The position numbers were made by a program, and so were the translations under genes. Below, piece by piece: positions 10,477 to 20,863 of a stretch of 64,000 nt of DNA. How positions within the stretch are numbered: the stretch's first letter is position 1; the number at the start of each line of letters is the position of its first letter. Where the stretch lies: NCBI GenBank assembly GCA_963664305.2, contig CAXXLV010000002.1:928001-992000 (forward strand). The letters are read 5' to 3'. The notes under the pieces are model-generated. The model saw only the letters and a program-made list of their open reading frames with translations. It searched no databases and was not told the DNA's origin. The DNA comes from an uncultured Aliarcobacter sp. (lineage in GTDB: Bacteria; Campylobacterota; Campylobacteria; Campylobacterales; Arcobacteraceae).

Positions 10477-10967
10477 TGATTTGTTCCTTTATTTTCGCCA
10501 CGGTTTACATTAATGATAAATCTAACTGGTTTATTTTCGCTACCTTTTACTTTAGCTTCACCACTTATTTGATTTACATAAATTGTATCACCATATACTT
10601 TTCTATCATCATTTTTTTCTTGTAAAAATCCATTTCCAATAATTGTATACTCTTGTTTTTGTGGAGAATAAATAATTTTATCTCCATTACCAATATAATG
10701 TTTATCTTGAGTAACTATTTCAAAATCAGCTTTTCCTGTAGCTTCATATTTTAATGGTACTTTTTTATTCTCTTTATCTGTTGCAAAATAAACATCTACT
10801 CTATTTGCATTTAATTTATCTTGTCCCATTTTTATTTTTACATCACCTGTAAAAATAGAAATACCTTTTTTATCATCTGCTTGAAAATCTTGAGCATCAA
10901 TTACTAAAGTTTCAGTTTGAGCAAATAAAAGTGTAGAACATAATAGAGTTCCAATTAAATATTTCAT
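10473..10967 (-). CDS. lptA: LPS transport periplasmic protein LptA
   Basis: Signal peptide; OstA-like beta-jellyroll (FTGDVKIKMG); position after kdsC-lptC. Confidence 0.88.
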   Translation of the reverse strand: MKYLIGTLLCSTLLFAQTETLVIDAQDFQADDKKGISIFTGDVKIKMGQDKLNANRVDVYFATDKENKKVPLKYEATGKADFEIVTQDKHYIGNGDKIIYSPQKQEYTIIGNGFLQEKNDDRKVYGDTIYVNQISGEAKVKGSENKPVRFIINVNRGENKGTNQ

Positions 10968-11509
10968 TTTTTTCCTTTTAAATTTTTATCAACATCTATT
11001 TCAAAATGTGCATTTTTTGCAGTAATATAATCATTATTTATATCTAAATATAAATTTGTACCTTTAAAAAAATGAGTATTATATATACTTTCAAAAGGTT
11101 TACTGTTTTTTGCTATTTTATTTATATCATCATAAATTAATTCGTTTGTATCTACTTTTATGAAATTATCTCTTTTATATTTTACATTGTTTGTTAAAGT
11201 ATAAACATCGCCTTTTTTAACTATTAAATCAGCTTTTAAATTTTCACTATTAAAATCTTTTGATTTGTCCTGATTTTTCAAAGTAATATTTGCATTAAAC
11301 ATTTCATCTCTTTTTTCATATTTAACAGCTTGATCTGCGATAACAATCCTATGTACGCTTTTATCATCTAAAGTATACATTATTGGTTTTTCAAAAACAA
11401 CTAAAGGTAAATCCTTTTCAGCTGTATTCTTTTTTAAATTATTTACTGGAATAAAATATGAAACTGTTGCTATAAATAAAAGAGCAAATAAAAAAGATTT
11501 TATACCCAT
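10964..11509 (-). CDS. lptC: LPS export protein LptC
   Basis: N-terminal TM plus beta-rich domain; between kdsC and lptA. Confidence 0.75.
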   Translation of the reverse strand: MGIKSFLFALLFIATVSYFIPVNNLKKNTAEKDLPLVVFEKPIMYTLDDKSVHRIVIADQAVKYEKRDEMFNANITLKNQDKSKDFNSENLKADLIVKKGDVYTLTNNVKYKRDNFIKVDTNELIYDDINKIAKNSKPFESIYNTHFFKGTNLYLDINNDYITAKNAHFEIDVDKNLKGKK

Positions 11510-11997
11510 GCGTTTAAAAAATCCTCTTCTAATCCATCTTCTTTAAATATATATTCAAGCATTTCTCTTACTGCTCCATTTCCACCACTATTTTGACAAA
11601 TTACATGTACAAAATCTTTCAAATAATGTGTTCCATTAGCTGGTGTAAAAGAAAGCCCAGCTTTTTTTAACATATTATAATCATTTAAATCATCACCAAT
11701 AGCTGCAACTTGATTCCAATTTAATCCTTCTTTTTCAAGGATTTTTTCTAAAACTTCTTGTTTATTTTTAATACCTTGATATAAATGAGTAATATTTAGT
11801 TCTTTTGCTCTTTTTTCAACTATTGAAGAGTTTCTTCCTGTTATTATTGCAGCTTTTTTACCAAAGTTTTTTGTCCAAACAGCTATTGCTAAACCATCAG
11901 CAACATCAAATGATTTTGTCTCTTCACCTGTTGAAGTATAAGAGATTTTACCATCTGTTAAAGTTCCATCAACATCTAAAACAATTAATTCAATCAT
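11500..11997 (-). CDS. kdsC: KDO 8-phosphate phosphatase
   Basis: LDVDGTLTDG; IITGR; IGDDLND; GGNGAVRE. Confidence 0.95.
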   Translation of the reverse strand: MIELIVLDVDGTLTDGKISYTSTGEETKSFDVADGLAIAVWTKNFGKKAAIITGRNSSIVEKRAKELNITHLYQGIKNKQEVLEKILEKEGLNWNQVAAIGDDLNDYNMLKKAGLSFTPANGTHYLKDFVHVICQNSGGNGAVREMLEYIFKEDGLEEDFLNAWV

Positions 11998-12566
11998 AAA
12001 ACACCTTTTGTACTAGGAATTCCTAATTTTTCATTTTTAACTAATGCTCGTCTTAAAGCTACCGCAAAAGCTTTAAATGAAGCTTCTAAAATATGATGTT
12101 TATTTCTTCCTCTATCTTGAATAATATGAGCTGTAATTCCTGCATTTCCTACAAGTGCATGAAAAAATTCTTCAACAAGTTCAACATCAAATTCTCCAAC
12201 TTTTCCACTTACATTTACTTCATAAACTAAATATGGTCTATTTGATAAATCTAAAGCACAAGTTGTAGCTGCTTCATCCATAACAACTGTTGCATTTCCA
12301 TATCTTTCAACGGCAGTAATTGGGAAAATTGCTTTTTTTAAAGCTTGACCTAAAACTATTCCACAATCTTCAACTGTATGATGCGCATCAATATGTAAAT
12401 CACCATCACATGATAAATCAATATCAATTCCACTATGTTTTGATAAAGCTTCCAACATATGGTCAAAAAATCCAACACCAGTTTGGATATTAGATTTACC
12501 ACAACCCTCTATTTGTATTTTACATTTAATATCTGTTTCTTTTGTTTTTCTATTAATTTCTACCAT
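11994..12566 (-). CDS. hisB: Imidazoleglycerol-phosphate dehydratase
   Basis: TGVGFFDHML; DAHHTVEDCGI; NKHHILEASFKA; PSTKGVL. Confidence 0.97.
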   Translation of the reverse strand: MVEINRKTKETDIKCKIQIEGCGKSNIQTGVGFFDHMLEALSKHSGIDIDLSCDGDLHIDAHHTVEDCGIVLGQALKKAIFPITAVERYGNATVVMDEAATTCALDLSNRPYLVYEVNVSGKVGEFDVELVEEFFHALVGNAGITAHIIQDRGRNKHHILEASFKAFAVALRRALVKNEKLGIPSTKGVL

Positions 12567-12575
12567 TTTAATTTC

Positions 12576-13577
12576 CTATTTAATAACCATTGCATTAGTT
12601 AAACCATTAGAATTTTTAAATCTTTGAGCCTCTTCATAACTTTTGAAACCTTTGATAAATACTTTATACAAAGTTTTACCATTTACAAAAGCTTTTTCAG
12701 ATTCAACCTTATTTGAACTAAATTTTCTTTGATAATCACTTACAGTTTTTTGAGCACCTTCAATTTTACTAAATGCTCCAACTTGAAGACTATAAATTCC
12801 AGTTGAAATAGGTGCAACTTTTGGTTTATTATTTACAACAACTGGTGCTTTATTTACAGTATTTACAGTTGGCGTTTTTACTGTAGTTTTTGCAACTATT
12901 GGTGTTCCTACTGTTGGAGGAATTGTAACATTTGTTGTTGTAATTTTATCCTCTTTTATATCTAAAGGTTCAAGTGCATCTACTTTTTCTACTTGATTTG
13001 ATGGTTTAACTTCACTTTGAGCCAATTCAGTATATGGTGCATTTTTATTTTCTATTTCACCATTATATCCAAGAACTGTGATTTTTACATTTGCAGTTCC
13101 TCGTCTAACCATATCTATTTCATTGGCTGCTTTATTTGATAAGTCAATGATTCTTCCTTTAACAAAAGGTCCTCTGTCATTTACCCTAACAATTATTGAT
13201 TTACCATTATCTAAGTTATCAACTCTTAATACTGTATTCATTGGTAAAGTTTTATGAGCTGCTGTCATATCATACATATTATAAACTTCACCATTTGAAG
13301 TTCTTTTAGAGTGAAAGTCTGGTCCATACCAAGATGCAATACCTTCAAAATTATCTCCAATATTTGCAATAAAAGGATAATATTTTATACCAAATACACT
13401 ATAAGGTCTCATTGTATATTTATGCATTTCTTTTGAATTATTTATTTTAGAGTTTTTTGTATCTTTATAAAATTTCAAATAATCATCACTATAATTCTTT
13501 TGTGAACATCCTGTAAACAAAAATAGACTTGAAAATCCTAAAAATAAACTATATTTTATACTACTTATAAATTTCAA
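12576..13577 (-). CDS. rlpA: Septal ring lytic transglycosylase RlpA (lipoprotein, SPOR domain)
   Basis: Lipobox FTGC; GIASWYG; TAAHKTLP; VNDRGPF; C-terminal LQVGAFS. Confidence 0.95.
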   Translation of the reverse strand: MKFISSIKYSLFLGFSSLFLFTGCSQKNYSDDYLKFYKDTKNSKINNSKEMHKYTMRPYSVFGIKYYPFIANIGDNFEGIASWYGPDFHSKRTSNGEVYNMYDMTAAHKTLPMNTVLRVDNLDNGKSIIVRVNDRGPFVKGRIIDLSNKAANEIDMVRRGTANVKITVLGYNGEIENKNAPYTELAQSEVKPSNQVEKVDALEPLDIKEDKITTTNVTIPPTVGTPIVAKTTVKTPTVNTVNKAPVVVNNKPKVAPISTGIYSLQVGAFSKIEGAQKTVSDYQRKFSSNKVESEKAFVNGKTLYKVFIKGFKSYEEAQRFKNSNGLTNAMVIK

Positions 13578-14829
13578 TTTTCTCTCCTACTTTTATCAAA
13601 TTACTGTTTTTGTTATTATCAGCTTTTAATTTTTTTGCATCAATATTGTATTTTTTTGCAATTGATAAAAAAGAATCACCTTTTTTTACAATATAAATTA
13701 TTGGCTCTTTTTTTGTTGTTATTTTTTTTGTTTGAGGTACTTTGTTATTCTCTTTTGAATTTACATTTTTCTTAACATCTTTTTTAACCTCAGTTACAAC
13801 AGGAGCTTTAACTATCATTATTTTTTGATTATAAGCTTCTACTTTATCATGAGGTATATAGATATTATAAAGCTTTGAATCTGTTGGTAAAGACTCTTTT
13901 TTTATGTGTTTGTTTATACTTCTAAATTCATTGTAATTCATACCTACAATATTTGCTAATGATTTTAATTGTAAACCTTTATGAGCTTTTACTTTTTCTA
14001 ATTGATATTTACTTTTTTTATCTATACTTTTAAATAAATCTCTATTTGCAATTATTGAAAATGCTACTATTTTTTGAAGATAAACTAAACTACTGTCTGG
14101 AAGATAATCGTTTGATTTATTGTTTCTAACTATATATGAAAAATCTAAATTCCCATCTCTTTTTCCTAAATGATTATATATTTCATATAAATCACTTAAA
14201 CCAGATTTATTCTTTTTATATTCATCTAAATAACTTTGATAAACCTTTATTCTTGAATCATCAGCTTTAGTTGGATTTTCTTCTAAATATTTATCTAAAG
14301 AAGCTTTAGCCATTCCATAGATAACTCTTCCTTCACCACAATTATATGCTAAAAGAGCCAAATACCATTTGTCTAACTTTTTATAATACTTTCTTAAATA
14401 ACTACTTGCAGCATTTGTTGATTTGATTAAATCCAATCTTTCGTCAATAAATTCATCATTTCTTAACTTAAGATTTGTTGCTGTTTGTGGCATTATTTGC
14501 CAAATTCCTGCAGGATTTTTTTTACCATTTAATTGATTTGAAAAACTTGATTCAAGCATTGGAATAAAAAATATTGCTTGAGGCAAATTTTCATTTTCTA
14601 TTTCTTCACGCACAATTTGAGCATTTAAAGATGATTTTTTTAAGATATTATTGTAATAATTTATATTTTGACTTGATGAATATTCTTTGAATATTGATTG
14701 AAAAGATGATTCATTTATAAAAGAAGTTTCAATATCTAAATCTTTTAAAACTTTTAAATCACTCTCATCTGTAATATTAGCTAATAAACTATTTACTAAA
14801 ATAAGTATTATAAAAAAAATTTTATTCAA
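13561..14829 (-). CDS. mltD: Lytic transglycosylase MltD-like (SLT + LysM)
   Basis: Catalytic LESSF; AGIWQIMP; AYNCGEGRV; LysM YIVKKGDS. Confidence 0.88.
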   Translation of the reverse strand: MNKIFFIILILVNSLLANITDESDLKVLKDLDIETSFINESSFQSIFKEYSSSQNINYYNNILKKSSLNAQIVREEIENENLPQAIFFIPMLESSFSNQLNGKKNPAGIWQIMPQTATNLKLRNDEFIDERLDLIKSTNAASSYLRKYYKKLDKWYLALLAYNCGEGRVIYGMAKASLDKYLEENPTKADDSRIKVYQSYLDEYKKNKSGLSDLYEIYNHLGKRDGNLDFSYIVRNNKSNDYLPDSSLVYLQKIVAFSIIANRDLFKSIDKKSKYQLEKVKAHKGLQLKSLANIVGMNYNEFRSINKHIKKESLPTDSKLYNIYIPHDKVEAYNQKIMIVKAPVVTEVKKDVKKNVNSKENNKVPQTKKITTKKEPIIYIVKKGDSFLSIAKKYNIDAKKLKADNNKNSNLIKVGEKIEIYK

Positions 14830-14864
14830 AAAGTCCTCTTTTCTTAATATAGTCTAGATTATAT

Positions 14865-15653
14865 CTAAGAAAGACTAGAAAACTCTTTAAATAATTTTTT
14901 TGCATTATTTGTTGTTAATTCTTGAATATCTTCATCACTAATTTCTAATAATTCTGACATCTTTTTAGAAACAAAAACTGTATAAAAAGGCTCATTTCTT
15001 TCACCTCTATGAGGATGTGGTGTTAAATAAGGTGCATCTGTTTCAATCAATAATTTATCTTTAGGAATTTTTGGCAAAATTTCAACTAATTTTTTTGCAT
15101 TTTTAAAAGTTAATACTCCACCTATTCCAAAATAAAAATTATGTTCAGCTAAAGGAAGTAAATGTTCACTTGCATTAAAACAGTGTAAAACTCCACCAAC
15201 CTCTTTTGCATTATAATCTATCAAAATTTGTCGTGAATCATTTGAAGCATCTCTAATATGAATAATTAAAGGTTTTTTTACTTTTTTTGCAAATTCTATT
15301 TGAGAAATAAAAACTTCTTTTTGTTTTTTTATATTCTCAATTTTTTCTTCTTCATTTTCAGGTAATCTAAAATAATCTAGTCCACATTCACCAATAGCGA
15401 TACATTTAGGATGATTTACATACTTTTCCATCATTTCTTCATTGTACATATCTATATCATATGGATGAATTCCAACTGCAAAATATACTTCATCATATTT
15501 TTCAGCTAACTCAACTGCTTTTGGTAAATCATTAAAATCAGCTCCAGGGATTAAAAATCCCTTTACACCATGACTTAGTGCATTAGAAATAACACTATCT
15601 ATGTCTTCGTAGTATTGTTTGTTGTCTAAATGACAATGAGTATCTATAATTAT
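14865..15653 (-). CDS. tatD: TatD-family hydrolase/DNase; full ORF appears to start at an ATA codon
   Basis: Frame continues upstream of the ORF-track start to (ATA)-IIDTHCHLD...AVGIHP; AAGGA RBS 7 nt before ATA 15653; GECGLDY, HCF, ETDAPY. Confidence 0.92.
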   Translation of the reverse strand: MIIDTHCHLDNKQYYEDIDSVISNALSHGVKGFLIPGADFNDLPKAVELAEKYDEVYFAVGIHPYDIDMYNEEMMEKYVNHPKCIAIGECGLDYFRLPENEEEKIENIKKQKEVFISQIEFAKKVKKPLIIHIRDASNDSRQILIDYNAKEVGGVLHCFNASEHLLPLAEHNFYFGIGGVLTFKNAKKLVEILPKIPKDKLLIETDAPYLTPHPHRGERNEPFYTVFVSKKMSELLEISDEDIQELTTNNAKKLFKEFSSLS

Positions 15654-15667
15654 TTTTTAATCCTTAA

Positions 15668-15973
15668 TTACGATAAAAATCTTTTATTTACTAAGTTAAT
15701 AATATTGTTAATTTGTGAAATGTCTCCAGCTTTAATCCAAGCACTAATTCCAAAATTTTTAAAAGCATCATAATCACTGTCATCTTCGATTACAGCAATA
15801 GATACAAATTTTTCTTTACAAACACTGTGTTTATTTTCTTCAAATTCAAATATTGAATCAATATTTATAATTGCAATATCTGCTTCTCCACTTGTACCTG
15901 ATTGAAAATGTTCAACAGTAAACTCTGGACTAAATAAAGACTCATCAATATCACAAAATGTTACAATTTTCAT
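15668..15973 (-). CDS. Small protein, probable degenerate receiver (REC-like) domain
   Basis: ADIAIINID and AFKNFGISAWIK resemble REC beta3 and alpha4-beta5; AAAGG RBS. Confidence 0.55.
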   Translation of the reverse strand: MKIVTFCDIDESLFSPEFTVEHFQSGTSGEADIAIINIDSIFEFEENKHSVCKEKFVSIAVIEDDSDYDAFKNFGISAWIKAGDISQINNIINLVNKRFLS

Positions 15974-16023
15974 ATTACCACCTTTGTATTTTTATTAATT
16001 ATTCTATCTAAAAGATTATTAAA

Positions 16024-17352
16024 TTATAAGATATACCTTGCTGTATCAACATTTTCAACAATATCATCTAATTTTTCTGAAACAAGTTCTTTTGTAACAA
16101 TAACTTTTGTTCCTTTTTTTTCATCTGCTTCAAAAGAGATATCTTCAATAACTTTTTCAATAACAGTATGTAATCTTCTAGCACCAATATCTTCTGTTTT
16201 TTCATTTGCTGTAACAGAATATTTTGCAAACGCTCTTATTGCTTCATCATCAAATTCTAAATCAACACCTTCAACTTCTAGAAGTGCTTGGTATTGTCTT
16301 AAAAGTGAATTTTTTGTATTTGTTAATATTCTATATAAAGCATCTTCATCTAAAGACTCTAACTCAACTCTTAGAGGAAATCTTCCTTGAAGTTCTGGAA
16401 TTAAATCACTTGGTTTTGAAACATGGAATGCACCAGCAGCTATAAATAAAATATGATCTGTTTTTATTTGTCCAAATTTTGTTTGAACACTACTTCCTTC
16501 AACTATAGGAAGTAAATCTCTTTGTACTCCCTCTTTTGATGGATCTTGTCCATTATTTTTCTTACCTGAAGCAATTTTATCAATTTCATCTAAGAAAATA
16601 ATTCCACCATTTTCACATCTTTTTAAAGCTTCAACTTTTATAGCTTCAGTATCAAGTAAACTTTCACTTGCAACACTTCTTAATAAAACTTTTGCATCTT
16701 TGATTAAAACTTCTTTTTTAATTGTATCTTTATTTAATCCACCTAACATTTTGTTTAGGCTTTCTTGCATAGAACTCATATCAAAAGGCATTGATGAATC
16801 TAAAATTTCTATATGTGCTTTTTTAGGAATTTCTATCTCTATTTTTTTATCATCTAAAGAACCATCAAGAAGTTTCTTTTCCATTGTGTTATAAGTTTTA
16901 ATAAATGACTCTTTTGCACTTTCACTTGCAGTTTCAGGAAGCGGAGGAACTAATTTTTCAATAATTTTTCTATTTACTTCATCATCTATTTTGTCTTTGA
17001 TTTTTTCTTCAAACTCTCTTGTAACTAGATTTATACCTTCATAAACTAAATCTCTAATCATTGATTCAACATCACGACCTACAAATCCAACTTCAGTATA
17101 TTTACTTGCTTCCACTTTAACAAAAGGCAGTCCCATCATTTTTGCAAGTCTTCTTGCAATTTCAGTTTTACCAACTCCAGTGCTTCCTATCATTAAAATA
17201 TTTTTAGGCATTATCTCTTCTTGAAGTTTTGGTTCAACCATCATTCTTCTATATCTATTTCTTAAAGCTAATGCAATTGTTTTTTTTGCATTTTTTTGCC
17301 CAATGATATAATCATCTAAATAAGCAACTATTTGCTTTGGTGTCATATCCAT
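16024..17352 (-). CDS. hslU: ATP-dependent protease ATPase subunit HslU
   Basis: PKNILMIGSTGVGKTEIARRLAK; FLDEIDK; GVQRDLLP; GARRL. Confidence 0.98.
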   Translation of the reverse strand: MDMTPKQIVAYLDDYIIGQKNAKKTIALALRNRYRRMMVEPKLQEEIMPKNILMIGSTGVGKTEIARRLAKMMGLPFVKVEASKYTEVGFVGRDVESMIRDLVYEGINLVTREFEEKIKDKIDDEVNRKIIEKLVPPLPETASESAKESFIKTYNTMEKKLLDGSLDDKKIEIEIPKKAHIEILDSSMPFDMSSMQESLNKMLGGLNKDTIKKEVLIKDAKVLLRSVASESLLDTEAIKVEALKRCENGGIIFLDEIDKIASGKKNNGQDPSKEGVQRDLLPIVEGSSVQTKFGQIKTDHILFIAAGAFHVSKPSDLIPELQGRFPLRVELESLDEDALYRILTNTKNSLLRQYQALLEVEGVDLEFDDEAIRAFAKYSVTANEKTEDIGARRLHTVIEKVIEDISFEADEKKGTKVIVTKELVSEKLDDIVENVDTARYIL

Positions 17353-17358
17353 ATTTTA

Positions 17359-17895
17359 TTAATCCTCTAACTTCAATATTTTTATATTTTGATTTGTATA
17401 AATACAAAGTTCACCAGCAATCATAAGTGATTCTCTTACAAGTTCTTCTTCATCTAAAGTAGAATGCTTTGCAAGTGCTCGTGCAGCTGAAATAGCAAAA
17501 TTTCCACCACTTCCAATTGAAGCAATTGCTCCATCTTCTGGTTCAACAACATCACCATTTCCACTTAAAATAAATATTTTCTCTTTATTTAAAACTATCA
17601 TCATAGCTTCTAATCTTCTTAAAACTTTATCTTTTCTCCACTCTTTTGAAAAAGCGATTACTGATTTTAATAAATCACCTTTACAAGCTTCTAAATGTCC
17701 TTCAAACATATCAAAAAGATTAAAAGCATCTGCTGTACTTCCTGCAAATCCTGCAAGAATTTGGTCTTTATATAAAGTTCTAATTTTTGTTGCATTTCCT
17801 TTTAAAACTGTATTTCCAAAAGTAACTTGACCATCACCACCAATTACAGCTTTATTTTTACCTTTATAGGCAAGTATAGTTGTAGCATCAAACAT
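17359..17895 (-). CDS. hslV: ATP-dependent protease subunit HslV
   Basis: [30 protein letters not shown]. Confidence 0.98.
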   Translation of the reverse strand: MFDATTILAYKGKNKAVIGGDGQVTFGNTVLKGNATKIRTLYKDQILAGFAGSTADAFNLFDMFEGHLEACKGDLLKSVIAFSKEWRKDKVLRRLEAMMIVLNKEKIFILSGNGDVVEPEDGAIASIGSGGNFAISAARALAKHSTLDEEELVRESLMIAGELCIYTNQNIKILKLED

Positions 17896-17898
17896 ATA

Positions 17899-18345
17899 CT
17901 ATTCTCCAATTATATCAACTTTTAAAGTTGCATGAATAGCATGTCCTAATTTACAATCAATTTCATAAATCCCGATAGATTTAATTTTTTTATCTAATGA
18001 AATATTCTTTTTATCTAAAATTATAGAAAATTGTTTTTCTAATTCTTCACTTACTTCTTTGTTTGTAACTGAACCAATTAAATGTCCATTTGCTCCAATT
18101 TTATGTTTAATAGTTAATTTAGTTGCATTTAATTTTTCAGCTAATTCTTTAGCATCAGCTATTTCTTGTTCTTCTTTTAGAGCTAATTTTTTTTGTTCTG
18201 ATTTCCATCTATTTAGTACTTCTGTTGTTGCATGTAAAGCTAAGCCTTTTCCAATTAAAAAATTTTTTCCATATCCATCAGCTACTTCTTTAATCTCTCC
18301 AGCTTTTCCTAAACTTTTTACATCTTTTGTTAATAATACTTTCAC
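17899..18345 (-). CDS. rplI: 50S ribosomal protein L9
   Basis: [34 protein letters not shown]. Confidence 0.98.
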   Translation of the reverse strand: MKVLLTKDVKSLGKAGEIKEVADGYGKNFLIGKGLALHATTEVLNRWKSEQKKLALKEEQEIADAKELAEKLNATKLTIKHKIGANGHLIGSVTNKEVSEELEKQFSIILDKKNISLDKKIKSIGIYEIDCKLGHAIHATLKVDIIGE

Positions 18346-18415
18346 AATAACTCCATTCTATTTTAATTAAATTTATTTTACTATATTTTTTTTAAATGCT
18401 TCTAAAGAACAATTC

Positions 18416-19048
18416 TTACAGCTCTTTAGCTTTTAAATTTGTTTTTATTTTTCTTTTTTTAACATAATTATTCAATCCTATATGATTGTTATAACCTAAT
18501 AATTTTGAAATTTTACGTACACTTAATCCAACACTTAAAAGCTCTTCAATTTTATCTCTTTGTAAATCAAATTTAGATTTTTGAATAGTTCCTTTTGGTT
18601 TTCCTAAAGCCATACCATCAAGTTTTTTTGCAGTCAAAGCTTCTTTTGTTCTTAAACTCATCAACTCTTTTTCAAGACTTACTGTCATTGAAATAACACC
18701 TAAAATCATTTGAGTTAACATATCTTTATCATCTAATAAATCAAGATTTTGTTCAACAATTATAATTCTTATTTTATTTGTTAATAAAAATTTTACAATT
18801 TCTAATATAGTTTCAATTGTTCTTCCAAAAACATTTAAATTTGATACAATTATTGTTGAATTTTTTTCACAATTTTTAAGTAATTCTAAAATATTTTTCT
18901 CTTCACTTGGAGTACTAATTGTTATTTCAATATTCTTAGAAACTTGTATATTTTGTTTAGTTACGTATTTGTTTATTAGTTCAATTTGTTCTTGAGTATA
19001 TTTTTCATTATTTTCATTTTTTCTTACATAAGTAAAAATTTTTGACAT
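18416..19048 (-). CDS. Serine resolvase/invertase-family protein with degenerate active site and C-terminal HTH
   Basis: Resolvase architecture (YVR..; IIVSNLNVFGRT; EKELMSLRTKEAL; LGKPKG; GLSVRKISKLLG). Confidence 0.82.
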   Translation of the reverse strand: MSKIFTYVRKNENNEKYTQEQIELINKYVTKQNIQVSKNIEITISTPSEEKNILELLKNCEKNSTIIVSNLNVFGRTIETILEIVKFLLTNKIRIIIVEQNLDLLDDKDMLTQMILGVISMTVSLEKELMSLRTKEALTAKKLDGMALGKPKGTIQKSKFDLQRDKIEELLSVGLSVRKISKLLGYNNHIGLNNYVKKRKIKTNLKAKEL

Positions 19049-19259
19049 AAAAAATCCTTTTACATAAAGTAAATTAAAAATATTTTATATTAAACAATAT
19101 GTTTAATTTTTATATATTATATTTATACAAAATGTTATCACTTCTAAAATTAATTTCAACTTACAAATAACGACAAGAATCAACTATTAGAAGTACGATT
19201 GAATTAAAAGTTTTTTTTTGCTATTATCAATCTTCATATATTAAAATTAAAGGTTTTTC

Positions 19260-19814
19260 TTGAGAATAACTGTAGCTATTTCTGGTGCTAGTGGTACAAA
19301 TCTTGGTTTAAATTTCATTAAATATTTACCCAAAGAGATTGAAGTGTTTGTTGTGTTCTCTAAAAGTGCAAAAAAAGCTTTAAAATTAGAAAATAATATC
19401 TCAATAAATGAATTATTTAAAGACAATGAAAATATAACTGTTTTTAAAGATTCAAACATTGGTGCAAGTATTGCATCAGGCTCATTCAAAGTTGATAAAA
19501 TGATCATTCTTCCTTGTTCTATGAATACATTAGCAAAATGTGCTGTTGGAATTTCTGATTCACTAATTACTAGAGCTTTTACCGTAATGTTAAAAGAGAA
19601 AAGAGATATTGTAATAGCTCCAAGAGAGATGCCTTTAAGCACTATAGCACTAAAAAACATGTTAACTCTTTCTAAACTAGGTGTTACTATTGCACCTCCT
19701 ATTTTAGGTTATTATAGTAGTCAACAAAGTTTAGAAGAAATGGAAAAATTTTTAATTGGAAAATGGTTTGATTTATTAAAAATTGATAATAATTTATATA
19801 AAAGATGGGAATAA
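19260..19814 (+). CDS. ubiX: Flavin prenyltransferase UbiX
   Basis: AISGASG; ASGS; PCSMNTLAK; PREMP. Confidence 0.95.
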   Translation: MRITVAISGASGTNLGLNFIKYLPKEIEVFVVFSKSAKKALKLENNISINELFKDNENITVFKDSNIGASIASGSFKVDKMIILPCSMNTLAKCAVGISDSLITRAFTVMLKEKRDIVIAPREMPLSTIALKNMLTLSKLGVTIAPPILGYYSSQQSLEEMEKFLIGKWFDLLKIDNNLYKRWE

Positions 19815-19817
19815 GAT

Positions 19818-20309
19818 ATGTCAAATTGCAATATAAATTCATATAGAAAGGCCATATACAGTGGTACTTTTGACCCTATAACAAATGGTCATTTGGATAT
19901 TATAAAACGAGCAGCAAATATTTTTGATGAAGTAATAATTGCTGTTGCAAAAAGTGAAGCTAAAAAACCTATGTTCACTCATGAACAAAGAGTTTTATTT
20001 GCAAAAGCTGCTACGGAAGGGATTGAAGGAGTAAGAGTTTTAGGCTTTGATACTCTACTTGTTGATTTAGCTTTAAATTTAGAAGTTAATACAATTATTA
20101 GAGGATTAAGAGCTGTTTCTGACTTTGAATTTGAGTTACAAATGGGTTATGCAAACTCTTCTATAAATAAAAAAATTGAGACTTTATATCTTATGCCAAC
20201 TTTACAAAATGCCTTTGTAAGTTCAACGATAGTAAGAGAAATAATTAGATTTAATGGTAAATTTGAGCATTTAGTTCCACCAAGAGTTGTAGAATGTATG
20301 TCGTTATAG
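19818..20309 (+). CDS. coaD: Phosphopantetheine adenylyltransferase
   Basis: GTFDPITNGHLDII; RGLRAVSDFEFE; SSTIVRE. Confidence 0.97.
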   Translation: MSNCNINSYRKAIYSGTFDPITNGHLDIIKRAANIFDEVIIAVAKSEAKKPMFTHEQRVLFAKAATEGIEGVRVLGFDTLLVDLALNLEVNTIIRGLRAVSDFEFELQMGYANSSINKKIETLYLMPTLQNAFVSSTIVREIIRFNGKFEHLVPPRVVECMSL

Positions 20310-20863
20310 AAGGTATTGATACAGCTGGGAAATCTACACAATTAGAATTACTAAAAAAGAAATTTCCAAACGCAACTTTTACAAAAGAACCAGGTGGAAC
20401 ACCAATTGGAATAAAACTAAGAGAAATGGCACTTGGTGGTGAAGCAAAATCAAAAATTGCAGAGATGTTTTTATTTTTAGCAGATCGTGCAGAGCATATT
20501 GAAGAAGTTATAAAAAGCAATGAAAATAAAATAGTAATTTCTGATAGATCAATGATTTCAGGAATTGCCTATGCAAATCAACTTGATATTGATAAATTAG
20601 TAGAATTAAATTTAATAGCAACAAATAATACACTACCTACTCATGTTATTTTACTTGAATTAACACCTGAAGAGTTAAAATTTAGATTATCACAAAAAGA
20701 TAATGATTCAATTGAATTAAGAGGTATTGATTATTTAATAAATATTCAAAATAGAATGAAAGAAACAATAAAAAAACTAAATATAAATCATATTTTTATA
20801 GATGCAAGTTTAAAAATTGAAGAGATAGAAAAAAAGATAGAGGATTTTATAAATGCCAAATAA
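20294..20863 (+). CDS. tmk: Thymidylate kinase
   Basis: IEGIDTAGKSTQ; KEPGGT; LFLADRAEH; SDR. Confidence 0.96.
   Translation: MYVVIEGIDTAGKSTQLELLKKKFPNATFTKEPGGTPIGIKLREMALGGEAKSKIAEMFLFLADRAEHIEEVIKSNENKIVISDRSMISGIAYANQLDIDKLVELNLIATNNTLPTHVILLELTPEELKFRLSQKDNDSIELRGIDYLINIQNRMKETIKKLNINHIFIDASLKIEEIEKKIEDFINAK

Noticed and set aside
12830..12960. Low-complexity Thr/Val/Pro/Lys stretch in rlpA as a tandem repeat
   Set aside because: Ordinary flexible linker before the SPOR domain; no exact DNA repeat
18416..19260. Resolvase as marker of a transposon or invertible segment
   Set aside because: No transposase, terminal inverted repeats or cargo seen; flanks are core genes; catalytic Ser absent
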